The notes: generated by a model from the sequence alone, not told the origin. 46,254 nucleotides of DNA from an uncultured Elusimicrobia bacterium (GCA_964521665.1 CAZFSG010000006.1:1-46254); one strand, 5' to 3'. Counted from the stretch's first letter, positions 21,700-32,202 are shown. A program made the numbers and translations.

Positions 21700-21906
21700 A
21701 TGAAAAAGAGTCAATTACAACAACTTAGAAATTTATCAAAAGAAGAACTTTTAGCAAAACTTGAAGAAATGAAAAAAGAGTTGTTTAATCTCCAACTTAA
21801 GCATAATACTATTAAAATTAAAAATCCATTGCAAATAAGAGAATTACGGCGAGATATTGCACGTGTCTATACTATTTTAAGAGAAAAATTTGGTTTTAAA
21901 GCTTAG
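21700..21906 (+). CDS. rpmC: 50S ribosomal protein L29
   Basis: Position, size (68 aa), and LR.LS.EEL...L.E.KKELFNLQ. Confidence 0.92.
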   Translation: MKKSQLQQLRNLSKEELLAKLEEMKKELFNLQLKHNTIKIKNPLQIRELRRDIARVYTILREKFGFKA

Positions 21907-21935
21907 ATTTTAAAAAAGGAAAGGGTGATTCTTAT

Positions 21936-22184
21936 ATGACAATGATCGTTAAAAGAGGTGTTGTCGTTTCTGACAAAATGAATAAAACTCGTGTTGTAAA
22001 AGTAGAACGGTTGGTCCGTGTTAAGAAATACGGTAAAATTGTTAAAAGATATAAAAAATATTATGCTCATGATGAAAATAACATTTCAAAAATTGGAGAT
22101 GTTGTTGAAATAAAACTTACAAGACCCCTTTCAAAATTAAAACGTTGGGAAATAATAAAGATTGTCAATAAAGAAGGACAGTAG
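21936..22184 (+). CDS. rpsQ: 30S ribosomal protein S17
   Basis: [18 protein letters not shown]...[17 protein letters not shown]. Confidence 0.94.
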   Translation: MTMIVKRGVVVSDKMNKTRVVKVERLVRVKKYGKIVKRYKKYYAHDENNISKIGDVVEIKLTRPLSKLKRWEIIKIVNKEGQ

Positions 22185-22186
22185 CT

Positions 22187-22552
22187 ATGATACAGAAAAG
22201 GTCAATGTTAACAGTTGCAGATAACACAGGTGTTAAAAAAGTTATGTGTATACAATCGTTGGGTAAAAGAAAAGATTATGCTGAAGTTGGTGAGATTATT
22301 GTTGCGTCAGTAAAAGATGCAACACCTGATTCTATTATAAAAAAAGGAGAAGTTGTAAAAGCTGTTATTGTTAGAACAGTTAAACAAATTGCACGAAAAG
22401 ATGGTACTTATTTACGGTTTGATGAAAATGCATGTGTCATAATTGATAATAATAAAGAGCCTAAAGGTACACGTGTATTTGGTCCTGTTGCAAGAGAGTT
22501 ACGAGAGAATAAATTTTTAAAAATTATATCTTTAGCACCGGAAGTAGTATAA
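22187..22552 (+). CDS. rplN: 50S ribosomal protein L14
   Basis: MIQ..S.L.VADNTG.K...CI, and RFDENA.V.I. Confidence 0.96.
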   Translation: MIQKRSMLTVADNTGVKKVMCIQSLGKRKDYAEVGEIIVASVKDATPDSIIKKGEVVKAVIVRTVKQIARKDGTYLRFDENACVIIDNNKEPKGTRVFGPVARELRENKFLKIISLAPEVV

Positions 22553-22555
22553 AAA

Positions 22556-22867
22556 ATGAGAAAAATAAAGAAAAAAGATATAGTTGTGGTTATTTCAGGC
22601 GATGATAAAGGTAAAAAAGGTGAAGTAATAAAAGTTTTTCCTAAAGAGAATAAAATTTTGGTCTCAGGGGTTAACATAGTAAAAAAACATATGAGACCAA
22701 CACAGACAACTCCCGGAGGCATAAGAGAAATTGAAAAGCCAATACATATCTCCAAAGTGAAACTTATTTGTCCAAAATGTGGTCAACCTACACGTGTTGG
22801 ATTTACTTTTTTACCTTCGGGAGAAAAAACAAGATATTGTAAAAAATGTAAGGAAATGATTTTATAG
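22556..22867 (+). CDS. rplX: 50S ribosomal protein L24 (zinc-ribbon form)
   Basis: [22 protein letters not shown] motif. C-terminal CPKCG..CKKC, as in Thermus-type L24. Confidence 0.94.
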   Translation: MRKIKKKDIVVVISGDDKGKKGEVIKVFPKENKILVSGVNIVKKHMRPTQTTPGGIREIEKPIHISKVKLICPKCGQPTRVGFTFLPSGEKTRYCKKCKEMIL

Positions 22868-22878
22868 TGGGTAAATGT

Positions 22879-23439
22879 ATGAATGAAACAAAATATATTC
22901 CAAGATTAAAAAAGTTTTATATAGAGAACATAATACCAGAATTGATGAGAAAATTTAAGTATAAAAATGTACATCAAGTACCAAAACTTGAGAAAGTTGT
23001 AGTAAATATGAGTGTTAATGAAGCTAAAGATAATATCAAAGCTTTAGATATTGCAGCTGAAGAACTTGCAATGATTACAGGACAAAAACCAAAAATATGT
23101 AGAGCTAAAAAGTCTATTTCAAATTTTAAAATTAAAAAAGGTATGCCGATCGGACTAAAAGTTACTCTCAGAGGCAACAGAATGTATGAGTTTATAGACA
23201 GATTGTTATATATAGCATTACCGAAGATACGTGATTTCCATGGTATTTCTCCAAAAAGTTTTGATGGCAGAGGAAATTATAATTTAGGTATCACTGAACA
23301 GTATATTTTCCCTGAAGTGAATATAGAAAAATCAGATCGTGTTCGTGGGATGAATATAACAATTGTTACTTCAGCAAAAACTGATAATGAAGCTAAAGAA
23401 TTACTTTCTTTACTTGGATTTCCATTTAGAAAAGAATAA
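22879..23439 (+). CDS. rplE: 50S ribosomal protein L5
   Basis: ..[18 protein letters not shown], ..[17 protein letters not shown]. The ATG at 22879 is preferred over the GTG at 22867. Confidence 0.95.
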   Translation: MNETKYIPRLKKFYIENIIPELMRKFKYKNVHQVPKLEKVVVNMSVNEAKDNIKALDIAAEELAMITGQKPKICRAKKSISNFKIKKGMPIGLKVTLRGNRMYEFIDRLLYIALPKIRDFHGISPKSFDGRGNYNLGITEQYIFPEVNIEKSDRVRGMNITIVTSAKTDNEAKELLSLLGFPFRKE

Positions 23440-23457
23440 AAGAATGAGGGGACAACT

Positions 23458-23643
23458 ATGGCAACAGATGCTGATTTAGCAAAAATGCGTAAAGTACCAA
23501 AATATCCGATAAGATATAGAAATAGATGCAGAATTTGTGGTAGACCAAGAGGGTATATTCGTGATTTTGGTTTATGTAGAATATGTTTTCGTAATTTAGC
23601 ACATAGAGGAATGTTACCAGGTGTTAGAAAAGCAAGTTGGTAA
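23458..23643 (+). CDS. rpsZ: 30S ribosomal protein S14, short Zn-binding (type Z) form
   Basis: 61 aa, [22 protein letters not shown]. Confidence 0.95.
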   Translation: MATDADLAKMRKVPKYPIRYRNRCRICGRPRGYIRDFGLCRICFRNLAHRGMLPGVRKASW

Positions 23644-23709
23644 GTGTGATTTTGGTATTTCTAGTGAATTAGGTACTGCTATCAAACAATTTAGATTTGG
23701 AGGTGAATT

Positions 23710-24099
23710 ATGAGTAGTGACCCTATCGCTGATATGTTAACAGCAATAAGGAATGCAATAGTTTTGTATAAAGAAAAAATTGAAATACCTTACTCTAATT
23801 TAAAAGCTGAGATAGCACGTGTTTTAAAAGAAGAGGGGTTTATTTTAAATTATAAAAAAGTAGATGCTACAAACAAGAGTTATTTACGAATTTTTTTAAA
23901 ATACGGACCTAATAAAGAACAAGTAATAAGAGAGATTGTTCGTGTTTCTAAACCTGGTAGAAGAATATATTGCGGTTATAAAGATTTAAAGTCAGATAAT
24001 TTTACAGTGTATATTCTTTCTACACCAAAAGGTGTAATGTCTGATAAAGAAGCAAAGAAACTCAAAGTTGGTGGAGAAGTTATTTGTTATGTAAGATAA
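23710..24099 (+). CDS. rpsH: 30S ribosomal protein S8
   Basis: DPIADMLT.IRNA.., ..ILSTPKGVMSDKEAKKLKVGGEVICYV. Confidence 0.96.
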   Translation: MSSDPIADMLTAIRNAIVLYKEKIEIPYSNLKAEIARVLKEEGFILNYKKVDATNKSYLRIFLKYGPNKEQVIREIVRVSKPGRRIYCGYKDLKSDNFTVYILSTPKGVMSDKEAKKLKVGGEVICYVR

Positions 24100-24116
24100 A
24101 GTTGAGGTGAACTTTT

Positions 24117-24692
24117 ATGAGTAAATTAGCAAGAAAACCTATTCAACTACCAAATAATGTAAAATTTTCATATGAAAACAATATTGTAAAAGTTGAAGGA
24201 CCTAAAGGTTCTCTTCAACTTGAAGTAAAAATGGCAAAATATGTTGAAATAACTACTGAAAATAATCTTGTATTTGTGAAAAGAAAAGAGGAATCAAAAG
24301 AAGGTAGAATGTATCAAGGGCTTTATTATGCATTAATAAAAAATATGGTGATTGGAGTTTCTGAAGGATACAAAAAAGTTTTAGAAATTGTTGGTGTTGG
24401 GTATCAAGCAAGTTTACAAGGGTCAGATAAACTTGTGCTTAAATTAGGTTTTTCACATCCTGTGGTATTTGATATACCAAAAGGTATTACGATTACATTA
24501 GATCAAAAAGGGCAACAAATAACTGTAAGTGGTATTGATAAATACTTAGTTGGTGAAACAGCAGCTAAAATAAGGAGTATAAAACCTCCTGAACCGTATA
24601 AAGGAACAGGAATTAAATATAAAGATGAACATATAATTCGTAAGCCTGGTAAAGCAGCAATAGTAGGTGCAGCTGGTGGAGGGAAGAAATAA
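24117..24692 (+). CDS. rplF: 50S ribosomal protein L6
   Basis: S.LARKPI.LP..V.., ..PEPYKGTGIKY..E.I.RK.GK. Confidence 0.95.
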   Translation: MSKLARKPIQLPNNVKFSYENNIVKVEGPKGSLQLEVKMAKYVEITTENNLVFVKRKEESKEGRMYQGLYYALIKNMVIGVSEGYKKVLEIVGVGYQASLQGSDKLVLKLGFSHPVVFDIPKGITITLDQKGQQITVSGIDKYLVGETAAKIRSIKPPEPYKGTGIKYKDEHIIRKPGKAAIVGAAGGGKK

Positions 24693-24694
24693 TT

Positions 24695-25069
24695 ATGAAT
24701 TTGAATGAAAAGATAATGCCAAAAATAAGATTACAACGACGTAAACTTCGTATCGCTAAAAAAATTCGTGGTAGTAAAGATAGACCTCGTGTATCTGTTT
24801 ATAGAAGTTTAAAGCATATTTATGCTCAAGCTATTGATGATGAAGCTGCTCATACATTAGCAGCGTGTTCAACTTTGTGTAAAGATATAAGAGATAATCT
24901 CGCTGGGAAGACAAAATCAGAACAAGCATATTTAGTAGGTTTACATTTAGCAGAGAAATTGAAATCAATAGGTATTAAAAAAATAGTTTTTGACCGCAAT
25001 GGTAGAAAATATATTGGCAGGATACAGAAATTAGCAGAAGGTTTACGTGAAGGTGGTATAGAATTTTAA
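24695..25069 (+). CDS. rplR: 50S ribosomal protein L18
   Basis: RPRVSVYRSLKHIYAQAIDD.., FDRNG.KY.GRI..LAEGLREGG..F. Confidence 0.95.
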   Translation: MNLNEKIMPKIRLQRRKLRIAKKIRGSKDRPRVSVYRSLKHIYAQAIDDEAAHTLAACSTLCKDIRDNLAGKTKSEQAYLVGLHLAEKLKSIGIKKIVFDRNGRKYIGRIQKLAEGLREGGIEF

Positions 25070-25089
25070 TTTGTACCGAGGTGATGGAT

Positions 25090-25665
25090 ATGGAAAAAAT
25101 AGATAAATCAAACGAATTTTCTGCTGAAGAAATAAATTATGAAGAAAAACCTTATTCTTCAGATATAGAGGAAGTAACAGAAGAAGTTCCTTCTATTCCT
25201 TTAGAAGAACAACAGTTTGAGAAATATGTTGTTTCTGTTCGTCGGGTAGCAAAAGTTCTCAAAGGGGGTAAAAGATTGTCATTTTCAGCAGCAGTTGTTG
25301 TTGGTAATAAAAACGGGTTAGTAGGTTATGCAATAGGCAAAGCAAACGAAGTACCTGCTGCAATAGATAAAGCTGCAAGAAAAGCAATGAAGAATTTAAT
25401 TCAGGTAAAAATTGTTGATGGTACTATACCACATCAAGTGATTGGAAAGTGGGGAGCAACATCTGTGTTATTAAAACCTGCAAAACAAGGTACAGGTGTT
25501 ATTGCAGGCTTGACTTTACGTGCAGTAATGGATGCAGCTGGTGTAAGTAATGTTGTAACAAAAATTATTGGTTCATCAAACCCTATAAATGTTGTATATG
25601 CTGCAATGGATGCTATTAAACAACTTAGAACTTATGACGAAATTAAAAGTTTAAGACAACTATAA
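25090..25665 (+). CDS. rpsE: 30S ribosomal protein S5 with an acidic N-terminal extension
   Basis: Core RRVAKVLKGGKRLSFSA.VVVGN..G.VGYA.GKA.EVP.AI.KA. The ATG at 25090 is best placed after SD GAGGTGA. GTG 25081 and ATG 25084 are alternatives. Confidence 0.93.
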   Translation: MEKIDKSNEFSAEEINYEEKPYSSDIEEVTEEVPSIPLEEQQFEKYVVSVRRVAKVLKGGKRLSFSAAVVVGNKNGLVGYAIGKANEVPAAIDKAARKAMKNLIQVKIVDGTIPHQVIGKWGATSVLLKPAKQGTGVIAGLTLRAVMDAAGVSNVVTKIIGSSNPINVVYAAMDAIKQLRTYDEIKSLRQL

Positions 25666-25686
25666 AATAATAAAGGTTTTTAATAT

Positions 25687-26169
25687 ATGACAGAATTAAC
25701 ATTATCAAACTTAAAACCTAAATTAGGTTCAAAGCATAAAAAGAAAAGAATAGGTTGTGGTGAAGGTTCAGGACATGGTGGTAGCGGGTCTACTCGTGGT
25801 ATGAAAGGACAAAGATCTCGTTCTGGCGAAGGTAAAAATCCTGGGTTTGAAGGAGGACAGATGCCGTTGTTAAGAAGAATACCTAAGTACGGGTTTTCTA
25901 ATAAAAAATTTGCTGTTCAATATCAAGTTGTTTGTCTTGAAGATATATTGTCAAAATTGCCTGATGATATTAAAGAAGTTAATATTGAAGTTTTGAAAAA
26001 ATTTAATCTTATAAATTCAATAAATAAGCCAGTAAAAGTTATTTGCAGGGGGAAAAAAGAAAATTTAAAAATTAATAAAAAAATAAAACTTTGTGTACAT
26101 AAATGTTCAAAATCAGTAGTTGATTTGTTAACTGCAGCAGGGGGTGAATATGTTAGAGTCGATTTTTGA
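25687..26169 (+). CDS. rplO: 50S ribosomal protein L15
   Basis: L.LSNLKP..GS...KKR.G.G.GSG.G...G.G.KGQ..RSG. Confidence 0.94.
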   Translation: MTELTLSNLKPKLGSKHKKKRIGCGEGSGHGGSGSTRGMKGQRSRSGEGKNPGFEGGQMPLLRRIPKYGFSNKKFAVQYQVVCLEDILSKLPDDIKEVNIEVLKKFNLINSINKPVKVICRGKKENLKINKKIKLCVHKCSKSVVDLLTAAGGEYVRVDF

Positions 26170-27481
26170 CATATTTAAGATAGAAGAGCTTAAACGAAAA
26201 ATATTGTTTACTTTAGGAATATTAGCAATATTCAGGATAGGTACCGCAATACCAATTCCAGGCGTTAACCCGCAAGCATTAAAAGCGTTGTTTGATGCGC
26301 ATCGTGGTGGTATGTTAGGATTTTTAGATATTTTTTCAGGTGGTGCATTAAGCAGGTTATCAATTTTTGCATTAGGTATTATGCCATATATTAACGCATC
26401 AATTATAATGTCGTTATTACAAGGTGCACATATGGTTCCATATTTAGACCAACTTTCACGTGAAGGTGAGACTGGTAGAAAAAAAATTACCCAACTGACA
26501 CGTTATGCAACATTACTTCTTGCTACAATTCAAGCAATTGGGTTAACTACAATGATTATTCATATGCCTGTAAGAGGTGCTGAGCTACCAGTTGTTTCTG
26601 ATACTTCATTTAGGTTTATCTTTATTACAGTTTTAACATTAGTTACAGGGACAATGTTTGTTATGTGGTTAGGTGAACAGATTACAGAAATTGGTATTGG
26701 TAATGGTATTTCTTTATTAATTTTTGCAGGTATTGTTGATAGGTTACCTGCTTCTGTAAAAAACTTTTTTCAGCTAATTTATGCTGAAGAGATGAGTTTC
26801 CTTACAGCATTAGTTTTAATAATAATTATTGTGGCAGTATTAATTGGTGTTGTGTGGTTAGAAACAGCGCAAAGAAGGATTCCTGTTCAGTATGCAAAAC
26901 GTATAATCGGTAGAAAGATGTATGGTGGTGCATCAACTTTTTTACCATTAAGAGTTGACACTGCGGGTGTTATAGCAGTAATTTTTGCTGTATCTTTGAT
27001 GACAGCACCACTTACTGTTTTACAATTTTTCCCAAATGCTGCTTGGGCAACAAAAATTTCATCTTTTTGGACACGAGGTGGGATATTATACGAAATCATT
27101 TATGCAGCATTAATTATTTTCTTTTGTTATTTTTATAATTCAATAATTTTAAATCCGGAAGAACTCGCTGAAAATATGAAAAAATGGGGTGGGTTCATAC
27201 CTGGAATACGCCCTGGTCAACCTACTGCAAAATATATACAATATGTATTAGAACGGATAACATTAGGTGGTGCTATTGCAGTAGTTATAATAGCAGTATT
27301 ACCAGATTTTCTTCGTAAGTGGTTCAATGCACCGTTCTATTTCGGTGGAACTACTATTCTTATAGCAATAGGGGTAGCGTTAGATACTGTGGGACAAATT
27401 GAATCATATCTTATAATGCGTAATTATGAAAGTTTAGCAAAAAATGTTAGAATCAAAGGAAGATGGTTTAATATTCAGTAA
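26150..27481 (+). CDS. secY: Preprotein translocase subunit SecY
   Basis: Ten-TM profile with SecY motifs (..LKRKILFTLG.L...R.G..IP.PG.., GI.PYI.ASII.QLL). The start is ATG 26150 or GTG 26144, and it overlaps the rplO 3' end. Confidence 0.95.
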   Translation: MLESIFDIFKIEELKRKILFTLGILAIFRIGTAIPIPGVNPQALKALFDAHRGGMLGFLDIFSGGALSRLSIFALGIMPYINASIIMSLLQGAHMVPYLDQLSREGETGRKKITQLTRYATLLLATIQAIGLTTMIIHMPVRGAELPVVSDTSFRFIFITVLTLVTGTMFVMWLGEQITEIGIGNGISLLIFAGIVDRLPASVKNFFQLIYAEEMSFLTALVLIIIIVAVLIGVVWLETAQRRIPVQYAKRIIGRKMYGGASTFLPLRVDTAGVIAVIFAVSLMTAPLTVLQFFPNAAWATKISSFWTRGGILYEIIYAALIIFFCYFYNSIILNPEELAENMKKWGGFIPGIRPGQPTAKYIQYVLERITLGGAIAVVIIAVLPDFLRKWFNAPFYFGGTTILIAIGVALDTVGQIESYLIMRNYESLAKNVRIKGRWFNIQ

Positions 27482-27486
27482 ATCAA

Positions 27487-28155
27487 ATGAAACAATGTAT
27501 TCTAAAGAAAAAGATTGTTTTTTTAGGTCCACCTGGTTCAGGAAAAGGTACACAAGCACAAATTTTATCAAAAAATTTTTTTATACCTCATATTTCTACA
27601 GGAGATATTTTTAGAAAAATTATAAAAACAGGGAAACCAAAAAAGTTAGCTGATTCTATAAAAAAATATGTTCAATCAGGTCTTTTGGTACCAGATGATA
27701 TTGTTTTTAAAGCGTTATTTTCAGTAATAAGGAAGAAGAAATATTTTATTCTTGATGGATATCCAAGAAATATTAACCAAGCTGAGCTTTTAGATAAAGC
27801 ATTAAATAAAAACGGGATTGACAATGTTATTTATTTTAAAGTTTCAGATAAAGAAATAATAAAACGACTTACTTCACGAAGAACATGTCCAAAATGTGGT
27901 CGTGTATATAATATCTATACTTTAAAACCAAAAAAAGACAATTTGTGTGATAGTTGCAATGTTGAACTTATTATTCGTGATGACGATAAAATCGAAACTG
28001 TGAAAAGACGTCTAAAAGTTTATAAAAAAGATACACTGCCGTTACTTGATTATTATAGAAAAAAAAATCTTTTAACAACTATTAATGCAGAAGATAAAAT
28101 AGAAAATGTATATAAAAAAATATGTGATGTTTTGTTAAATCGAGATAGTAAATAA
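27487..28155 (+). CDS. adk: Adenylate kinase (Cys4 zinc lid)
   Basis: GPPGSGKGTQA P-loop. Lid CPKCGRVYN...CDSC. Confidence 0.95.
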   Translation: MKQCILKKKIVFLGPPGSGKGTQAQILSKNFFIPHISTGDIFRKIIKTGKPKKLADSIKKYVQSGLLVPDDIVFKALFSVIRKKKYFILDGYPRNINQAELLDKALNKNGIDNVIYFKVSDKEIIKRLTSRRTCPKCGRVYNIYTLKPKKDNLCDSCNVELIIRDDDKIETVKRRLKVYKKDTLPLLDYYRKKNLLTTINAEDKIENVYKKICDVLLNRDSK

Positions 28156-28158
28156 TCT

Positions 28159-28959
28159 GTGATAGAAACATTAAGTAATAAAGAAATAGAAATAATTAAA
28201 AAAGCAGCGTTGTTAGTAAGTGAAATAATAAATACTGCTAAAGAAAATCTAAAAATAGGTATTTCAACGTTAGAATTAGATGAAATTATCTTTGACAAAA
28301 TAATAAAGTTAGGTTGTGAACCAGCGTTTAAAGGATATAGAGGATATCCTGCATCCAGCTGTATATCCATTGATGATGAACTTGTTCATGGTGTACCAAA
28401 AAAAGAAAAAAAAATTAAAGAAGGACAATTAATATCAATTGATGTTGGGATAAAATACGAAGGGTTTTATGCTGATGCTGCAACTACTGTGTGGATAAAT
28501 TCTAAAGAATTTAGTGAAAAGAAAAGGAAAGATATCTTAAATTTGTTAAATGTTAGTTATCAGTCAATAAACAAAGTTCTGCCTATTATAAAAGCGGGTT
28601 GTAGAAATTCTGATATTGGATATCATATACAACGTTTTGTTGAATCAAAAAAAATGAATGTTATTCGTGAATATGTTGGTCATGCAATAGGTAGAAATTT
28701 GCATGAAAAACCTGATATACCAAATTTCGGTAATAAAGATGAAGGTGTTCGCCTTGAAGCAAATATGGTTATTTGTATAGAACCAATGGTTAGTTTAGGT
28801 GGTTGGCAAACAACAGTTTCTGCTGAAGATGGGTGGACGGTAAAAATGAAGGACGGTTCTTTATGTGCACATTTTGAACATATGATTTTAGTAAAAGAAA
28901 ATTCTTGTGAAATTCTTACAGTAGATGATGTGATTAAACCTTCTATATTAGAAGTATGA
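28159..28959 (+). CDS. map: Methionine aminopeptidase type I
   Basis: Metal-ligand context (..ISIDVG...GFYAD.A.T.., HAIGR..HE.P.., ICIEPM.., HFEH). GTG start. Confidence 0.93.
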   Translation: MIETLSNKEIEIIKKAALLVSEIINTAKENLKIGISTLELDEIIFDKIIKLGCEPAFKGYRGYPASSCISIDDELVHGVPKKEKKIKEGQLISIDVGIKYEGFYADAATTVWINSKEFSEKKRKDILNLLNVSYQSINKVLPIIKAGCRNSDIGYHIQRFVESKKMNVIREYVGHAIGRNLHEKPDIPNFGNKDEGVRLEANMVICIEPMVSLGGWQTTVSAEDGWTVKMKDGSLCAHFEHMILVKENSCEILTVDDVIKPSILEV

Positions 28960-28972
28960 TTTTATATAATAT

Positions 28973-29218
28973 ATGAAACAAAAAGAAGATAAAATTATTA
29001 CGGAAGGGACAGTTGTTGAAGTTTTGCCAGCAACAATGTTTAGAGTTAAAGTTGATGGGACAAATCATATTGTTTTAGCACATTTATCAGGCAAGATGAG
29101 GCTAAAATTTGTACAGTTAGTAGTTGGAGATAGAGTAAAGATAGAGATGTCATCTTATGATCTTACAAAAGCAAGAATACTATATAGAATCTCTGGTAAA
29201 CAAACCCAAGATAAATAG
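28973..29218 (+). CDS. infA: Translation initiation factor IF-1
   Basis: [15 protein letters not shown]....[11 protein letters not shown]......GD.V..E.S.YDL.K.RI.YR. Confidence 0.95.
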   Translation: MKQKEDKIITEGTVVEVLPATMFRVKVDGTNHIVLAHLSGKMRLKFVQLVVGDRVKIEMSSYDLTKARILYRISGKQTQDK

Positions 29219-29236
29219 ATTATGGAGAAAAGTATA

Positions 29237-29350
29237 ATGAAAGTTCGTAGTTCAGTAAAAAAAATTTGTAAAAAATGTAAAATTATAAAAAGAGGAAAAA
29301 ATATTTTAGTTATATGTTCAAATCCAAAACATAAACAAAAACAAGGTTAA
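29237..29350 (+). CDS. rpmJ: 50S ribosomal protein L36 (below the ORF-track size cut-off)
   Basis: Hand translation: [37 protein letters not shown]. Canonical position between infA and rpsM. SD GGAGAAA. Confidence 0.93.
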   Translation: MKVRSSVKKICKKCKIIKRGKNILVICSNPKHKQKQG

Positions 29351-29376
29351 AACTTAGAATTTAAGGGGGTAATTTT

Positions 29377-29778
29377 ATGGTACGTATTGCTGGTGTTAAT
29401 CTTCCAAGCAATAAAAGAATAGATATAGCTTTAAGTTATATCTATGGTATAGGGAGAAGTTTAGCAAAAAAAATTCTTCAAGAAACAAATATTGATGGTT
29501 CAATAAGAGCTAAAGATCTTAGTGAAGAACAAATCGCTGTGTTAAACAGATATATTGAGGAAAATCTTAAAGTCGAAGGTGAATTAAGAAGAGAAGTTCA
29601 GCAAAATATTAAAAGATTGATAGATATACAGTGCTATAGAGGACTAAGACATAGACGAAACTTACCTGTACATGGGCAAAGAACAAGAACTAATGCAAGA
29701 ACACGTAGAGGACCAAGGAAAACTGTTGGTTCTGTAAGTGCTGCAACAAAAAAGAAAAAATCTGCTCAAAAAACATAA
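29377..29778 (+). CDS. rpsM: 30S ribosomal protein S13
   Basis: [22 protein letters not shown]...A..IL. Confidence 0.96.
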   Translation: MVRIAGVNLPSNKRIDIALSYIYGIGRSLAKKILQETNIDGSIRAKDLSEEQIAVLNRYIEENLKVEGELRREVQQNIKRLIDIQCYRGLRHRRNLPVHGQRTRTNARTRRGPRKTVGSVSAATKKKKSAQKT

Positions 29779-29804
29779 AATTAAAATAAGAGAAGGGATA
29801 ATCT

Positions 29805-30173
29805 ATGAAAAAAGATAAACGATTAACAGAACCCGTTGGTAGAGTTTATATAAAATCTACATTTAATAATACAATTGTTACTATAACTGATACGAAAGGT
29901 AATACAATTTGTTGGAGTTCAGCAGGAAGTTGTGGTTTTAAGGGGACAAAAAAGGGAACACCTTTTGCTGCACAAGTTGCTGCACAAACTGCTGCAAAAC
30001 GTGCAGCAGAACTCGGTTTGAAATATGTCGCAGTTTATGTAAAATGTCCAGGTCCTGGTAGAGAAGTAGCGATACGTGCTTTACAAAATGCAGGTCTTAC
30101 TGTGACTGCTATTTATGATGTTACTCCTATTCCGCATAATGGTTGTAGACCAAGGAAATTAAGAAGAGTATAA
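29805..30173 (+). CDS. rpsK: 30S ribosomal protein S11
   Basis: ..[12 protein letters not shown]...WSSAGS.GFKG.KK.TPFAAQ. Confidence 0.96.
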   Translation: MKKDKRLTEPVGRVYIKSTFNNTIVTITDTKGNTICWSSAGSCGFKGTKKGTPFAAQVAAQTAAKRAAELGLKYVAVYVKCPGPGREVAIRALQNAGLTVTAIYDVTPIPHNGCRPRKLRRV

Positions 30174-30208
30174 GAGTATAGTTATTTTAATATTGAAAGG
30201 AGAGAACT

Positions 30209-30835
30209 ATGGGTAGATATTTAGGTCCTGTTTGTAAATTATGTCGAAGAGAAGGAGAAAAATTATTATTAAAAGGAGAAAAATGTTTTACACAAAAATG
30301 CCCTATTGAAAAAGGAAGGAAGTATGCTCCTGGTCAACATGGGAAAAAACCAATAAAACTTTCCGAATATGGTCGGAGATTACGAGAAAAACAAAAGTTA
30401 AAACGTATGGCTGGTATTACTGAACGCCAACTTAAAAAATATTTTCAACTCGCTAAGTCTCAAAAAGGGTTAGTTGGTGAAAATTTGCTAAAATTAATAG
30501 AGAGACGTCTTGATAATGTTGTTTACCTTTTAGGGTGGGCATCTTCAAGAAAAGCTGCACGACAATTAGTTAGTCACAGACATATAATTGTAAATGGGAA
30601 GAAAGTAAATATCCCTTCATATTTAGTTAAACCATTTGACAAAATAAAATTAGATGATGAAATGAAAGAAAATGTATATGTTTTAAAAAGTATCGAGAAT
30701 TCTTCTAGGAAAATACCTTCCTGGATAAAGTATTCTCCAGAAGATTTTACTGCAGAGATTATATCTTTTCCTTCTAGAGAAGAAATTTCATTTCCTGTTA
30801 ATGAAACTTTAATTGTAGAATTTTATTCAAGATAA
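30209..30835 (+). CDS. rpsD: 30S ribosomal protein S4 (Cys-rich N-terminus)
   Basis: MGRYLGPVCKLCRREGEKL.LKGEKC...KC, S4 domain RLDNVVY.LG.A.SR..ARQLV.H.HI.VNGK. Confidence 0.96.
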   Translation: MGRYLGPVCKLCRREGEKLLLKGEKCFTQKCPIEKGRKYAPGQHGKKPIKLSEYGRRLREKQKLKRMAGITERQLKKYFQLAKSQKGLVGENLLKLIERRLDNVVYLLGWASSRKAARQLVSHRHIIVNGKKVNIPSYLVKPFDKIKLDDEMKENVYVLKSIENSSRKIPSWIKYSPEDFTAEIISFPSREEISFPVNETLIVEFYSR

Positions 30836-30850
30836 AGGAGAGGAAGATTT

Positions 30851-31849
30851 ATGGAAAAATTAGTTTTACCACAAAAATTTGAAGAAGTTACAGAAACAGA
30901 AAAAGAAAAGTATAATGAGTATAATTATGAAGTTTATGGCAAATTTGCTATATATCCGTTTGAGCGTGGATTTGGTCATACAATAGGCAATTCTTTACGA
31001 CGAATACTTTTATCAAGTTTAGAAGGAGCAGCAATTACAAGTTGTAGAATTAATAATGTTTTACACGAATTTTGTTCTTTGCCTGGTGTAAAAGAGGATG
31101 TTATTTATATTCTTATGAACTTAAAGAAAGTAAGGTTTAAACTTTATTCTAACGGTCCTGAAAAAATTACTCTTTCAGTAAAAGGTTCAAAGGATAAAAA
31201 TGTTGTAGTTGCAGGAGATTTTAATGTACCACCAAGTGTTGAAATTGTTAATAAGAACGAGTATATTGCTACTATTGATGAACGAGCTACCTTAGAAATA
31301 GAGGCAGAGGTTAACAAAGGCCGAGGGTACGTCTTAAAAGAGAATAATTATAAGCCAGGTTATCCGGTAGGAACATTATTTATTGATAGTATTTTTTCGC
31401 CTATAATAAAAGTTAATTATGAAGTAGAACAAATTCGTATTGGAGAAAAATTAGGCTATGATAAGCTTATAATAGAAGTTTGGACTGATGGAACAATTAA
31501 ACCAAAAGATAGTATAATATATGCAGCTAAAATACTAAAAGATAATCTTGATATTTTCTTTAAAGCTTCGGTATTAGGAATTTTAGAACAAAAAGAAAGT
31601 AAAAAAACTGAGGTTGAAGAACAAGAAAGAACACGGTTAGAAGCACTTCTTTCACAACCAATTGAAATTTTAGGATTGTCAAACAGGCCTAAAAATTGTC
31701 TTAAAGACAACAAAATACTTACAATTGGTGACCTTGTAGTTAAGACTCGTGAAGAATTGAAATTGTTACGCAATTTAGGAGAAAAATCTATTGACGAAAT
31801 TGAAGAAAAACTCAAAGAACATAATTTATCATTGGGGATGAAAATATGA
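30851..31849 (+). CDS. rpoA: DNA-directed RNA polymerase subunit alpha
   Basis: P.ERGFGHT.GN.LRR.LLSS..GAA., and a C-terminal domain with L.LS.R..NCLK...I.TIGDLV. Confidence 0.96.
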   Translation: MEKLVLPQKFEEVTETEKEKYNEYNYEVYGKFAIYPFERGFGHTIGNSLRRILLSSLEGAAITSCRINNVLHEFCSLPGVKEDVIYILMNLKKVRFKLYSNGPEKITLSVKGSKDKNVVVAGDFNVPPSVEIVNKNEYIATIDERATLEIEAEVNKGRGYVLKENNYKPGYPVGTLFIDSIFSPIIKVNYEVEQIRIGEKLGYDKLIIEVWTDGTIKPKDSIIYAAKILKDNLDIFFKASVLGILEQKESKKTEVEEQERTRLEALLSQPIEILGLSNRPKNCLKDNKILTIGDLVVKTREELKLLRNLGEKSIDEIEEKLKEHNLSLGMKI

Positions 31850-32202
31850 TAAAAAATATTTCAAAAAGAAAACTTAACCGGCCATCATCTCATAGAATCG
31901 CAACATTAAAAAACCTTGCTGGTAATCTTATAAGATATGAAAGTATAAAAACAACTCAAGCAAAAGCAAAAGAATTGCGGTGGTTTATAGAACGGTTAAT
32001 ATCAAGAATAAAAAAAACTAAAGAATTGTTTAATCAATATAGGATTGCAAACAGATTCTTATTTTCTGAACAACTTTCTGATAAATTGATCAAAGTTATT
32101 ATACCAAGATATAAAGATATAAATTCTGGATATATAAAAATAGCTAATTTAGGTAATCGTAAAGGTGATAATGCAAAAATGTGTATAGTTAAATTTAAAT
32201 AA
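31846..32202 (+). CDS. rplQ: 50S ribosomal protein L17
   Basis: Position after rpoA (4-nt ATGA overlap). KLNR.SSHR.A.LKNL...LI..E.I.TT..KAKELR. Confidence 0.94.
   Translation: MIKNISKRKLNRPSSHRIATLKNLAGNLIRYESIKTTQAKAKELRWFIERLISRIKKTKELFNQYRIANRFLFSEQLSDKLIKVIIPRYKDINSGYIKIANLGNRKGDNAKMCIVKFK

Noticed and set aside
22556-23643. Zinc-ribbon Cys motifs in L24, S14, L36, S4 and the Adk lid as something unusual
   Set aside because: Cys4 ('C+') forms of these proteins are well known, for example Thermus-type L24 and type-Z S14. They support a thermophile or ancestral-type inference but are not novel.
23644-23709. 66-nt spacer upstream of rpsH as a possible S8 autoregulatory site
   Set aside because: I could find no convincing stem or 16S helix-21 mimic by eye. 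The length is unremarkable.
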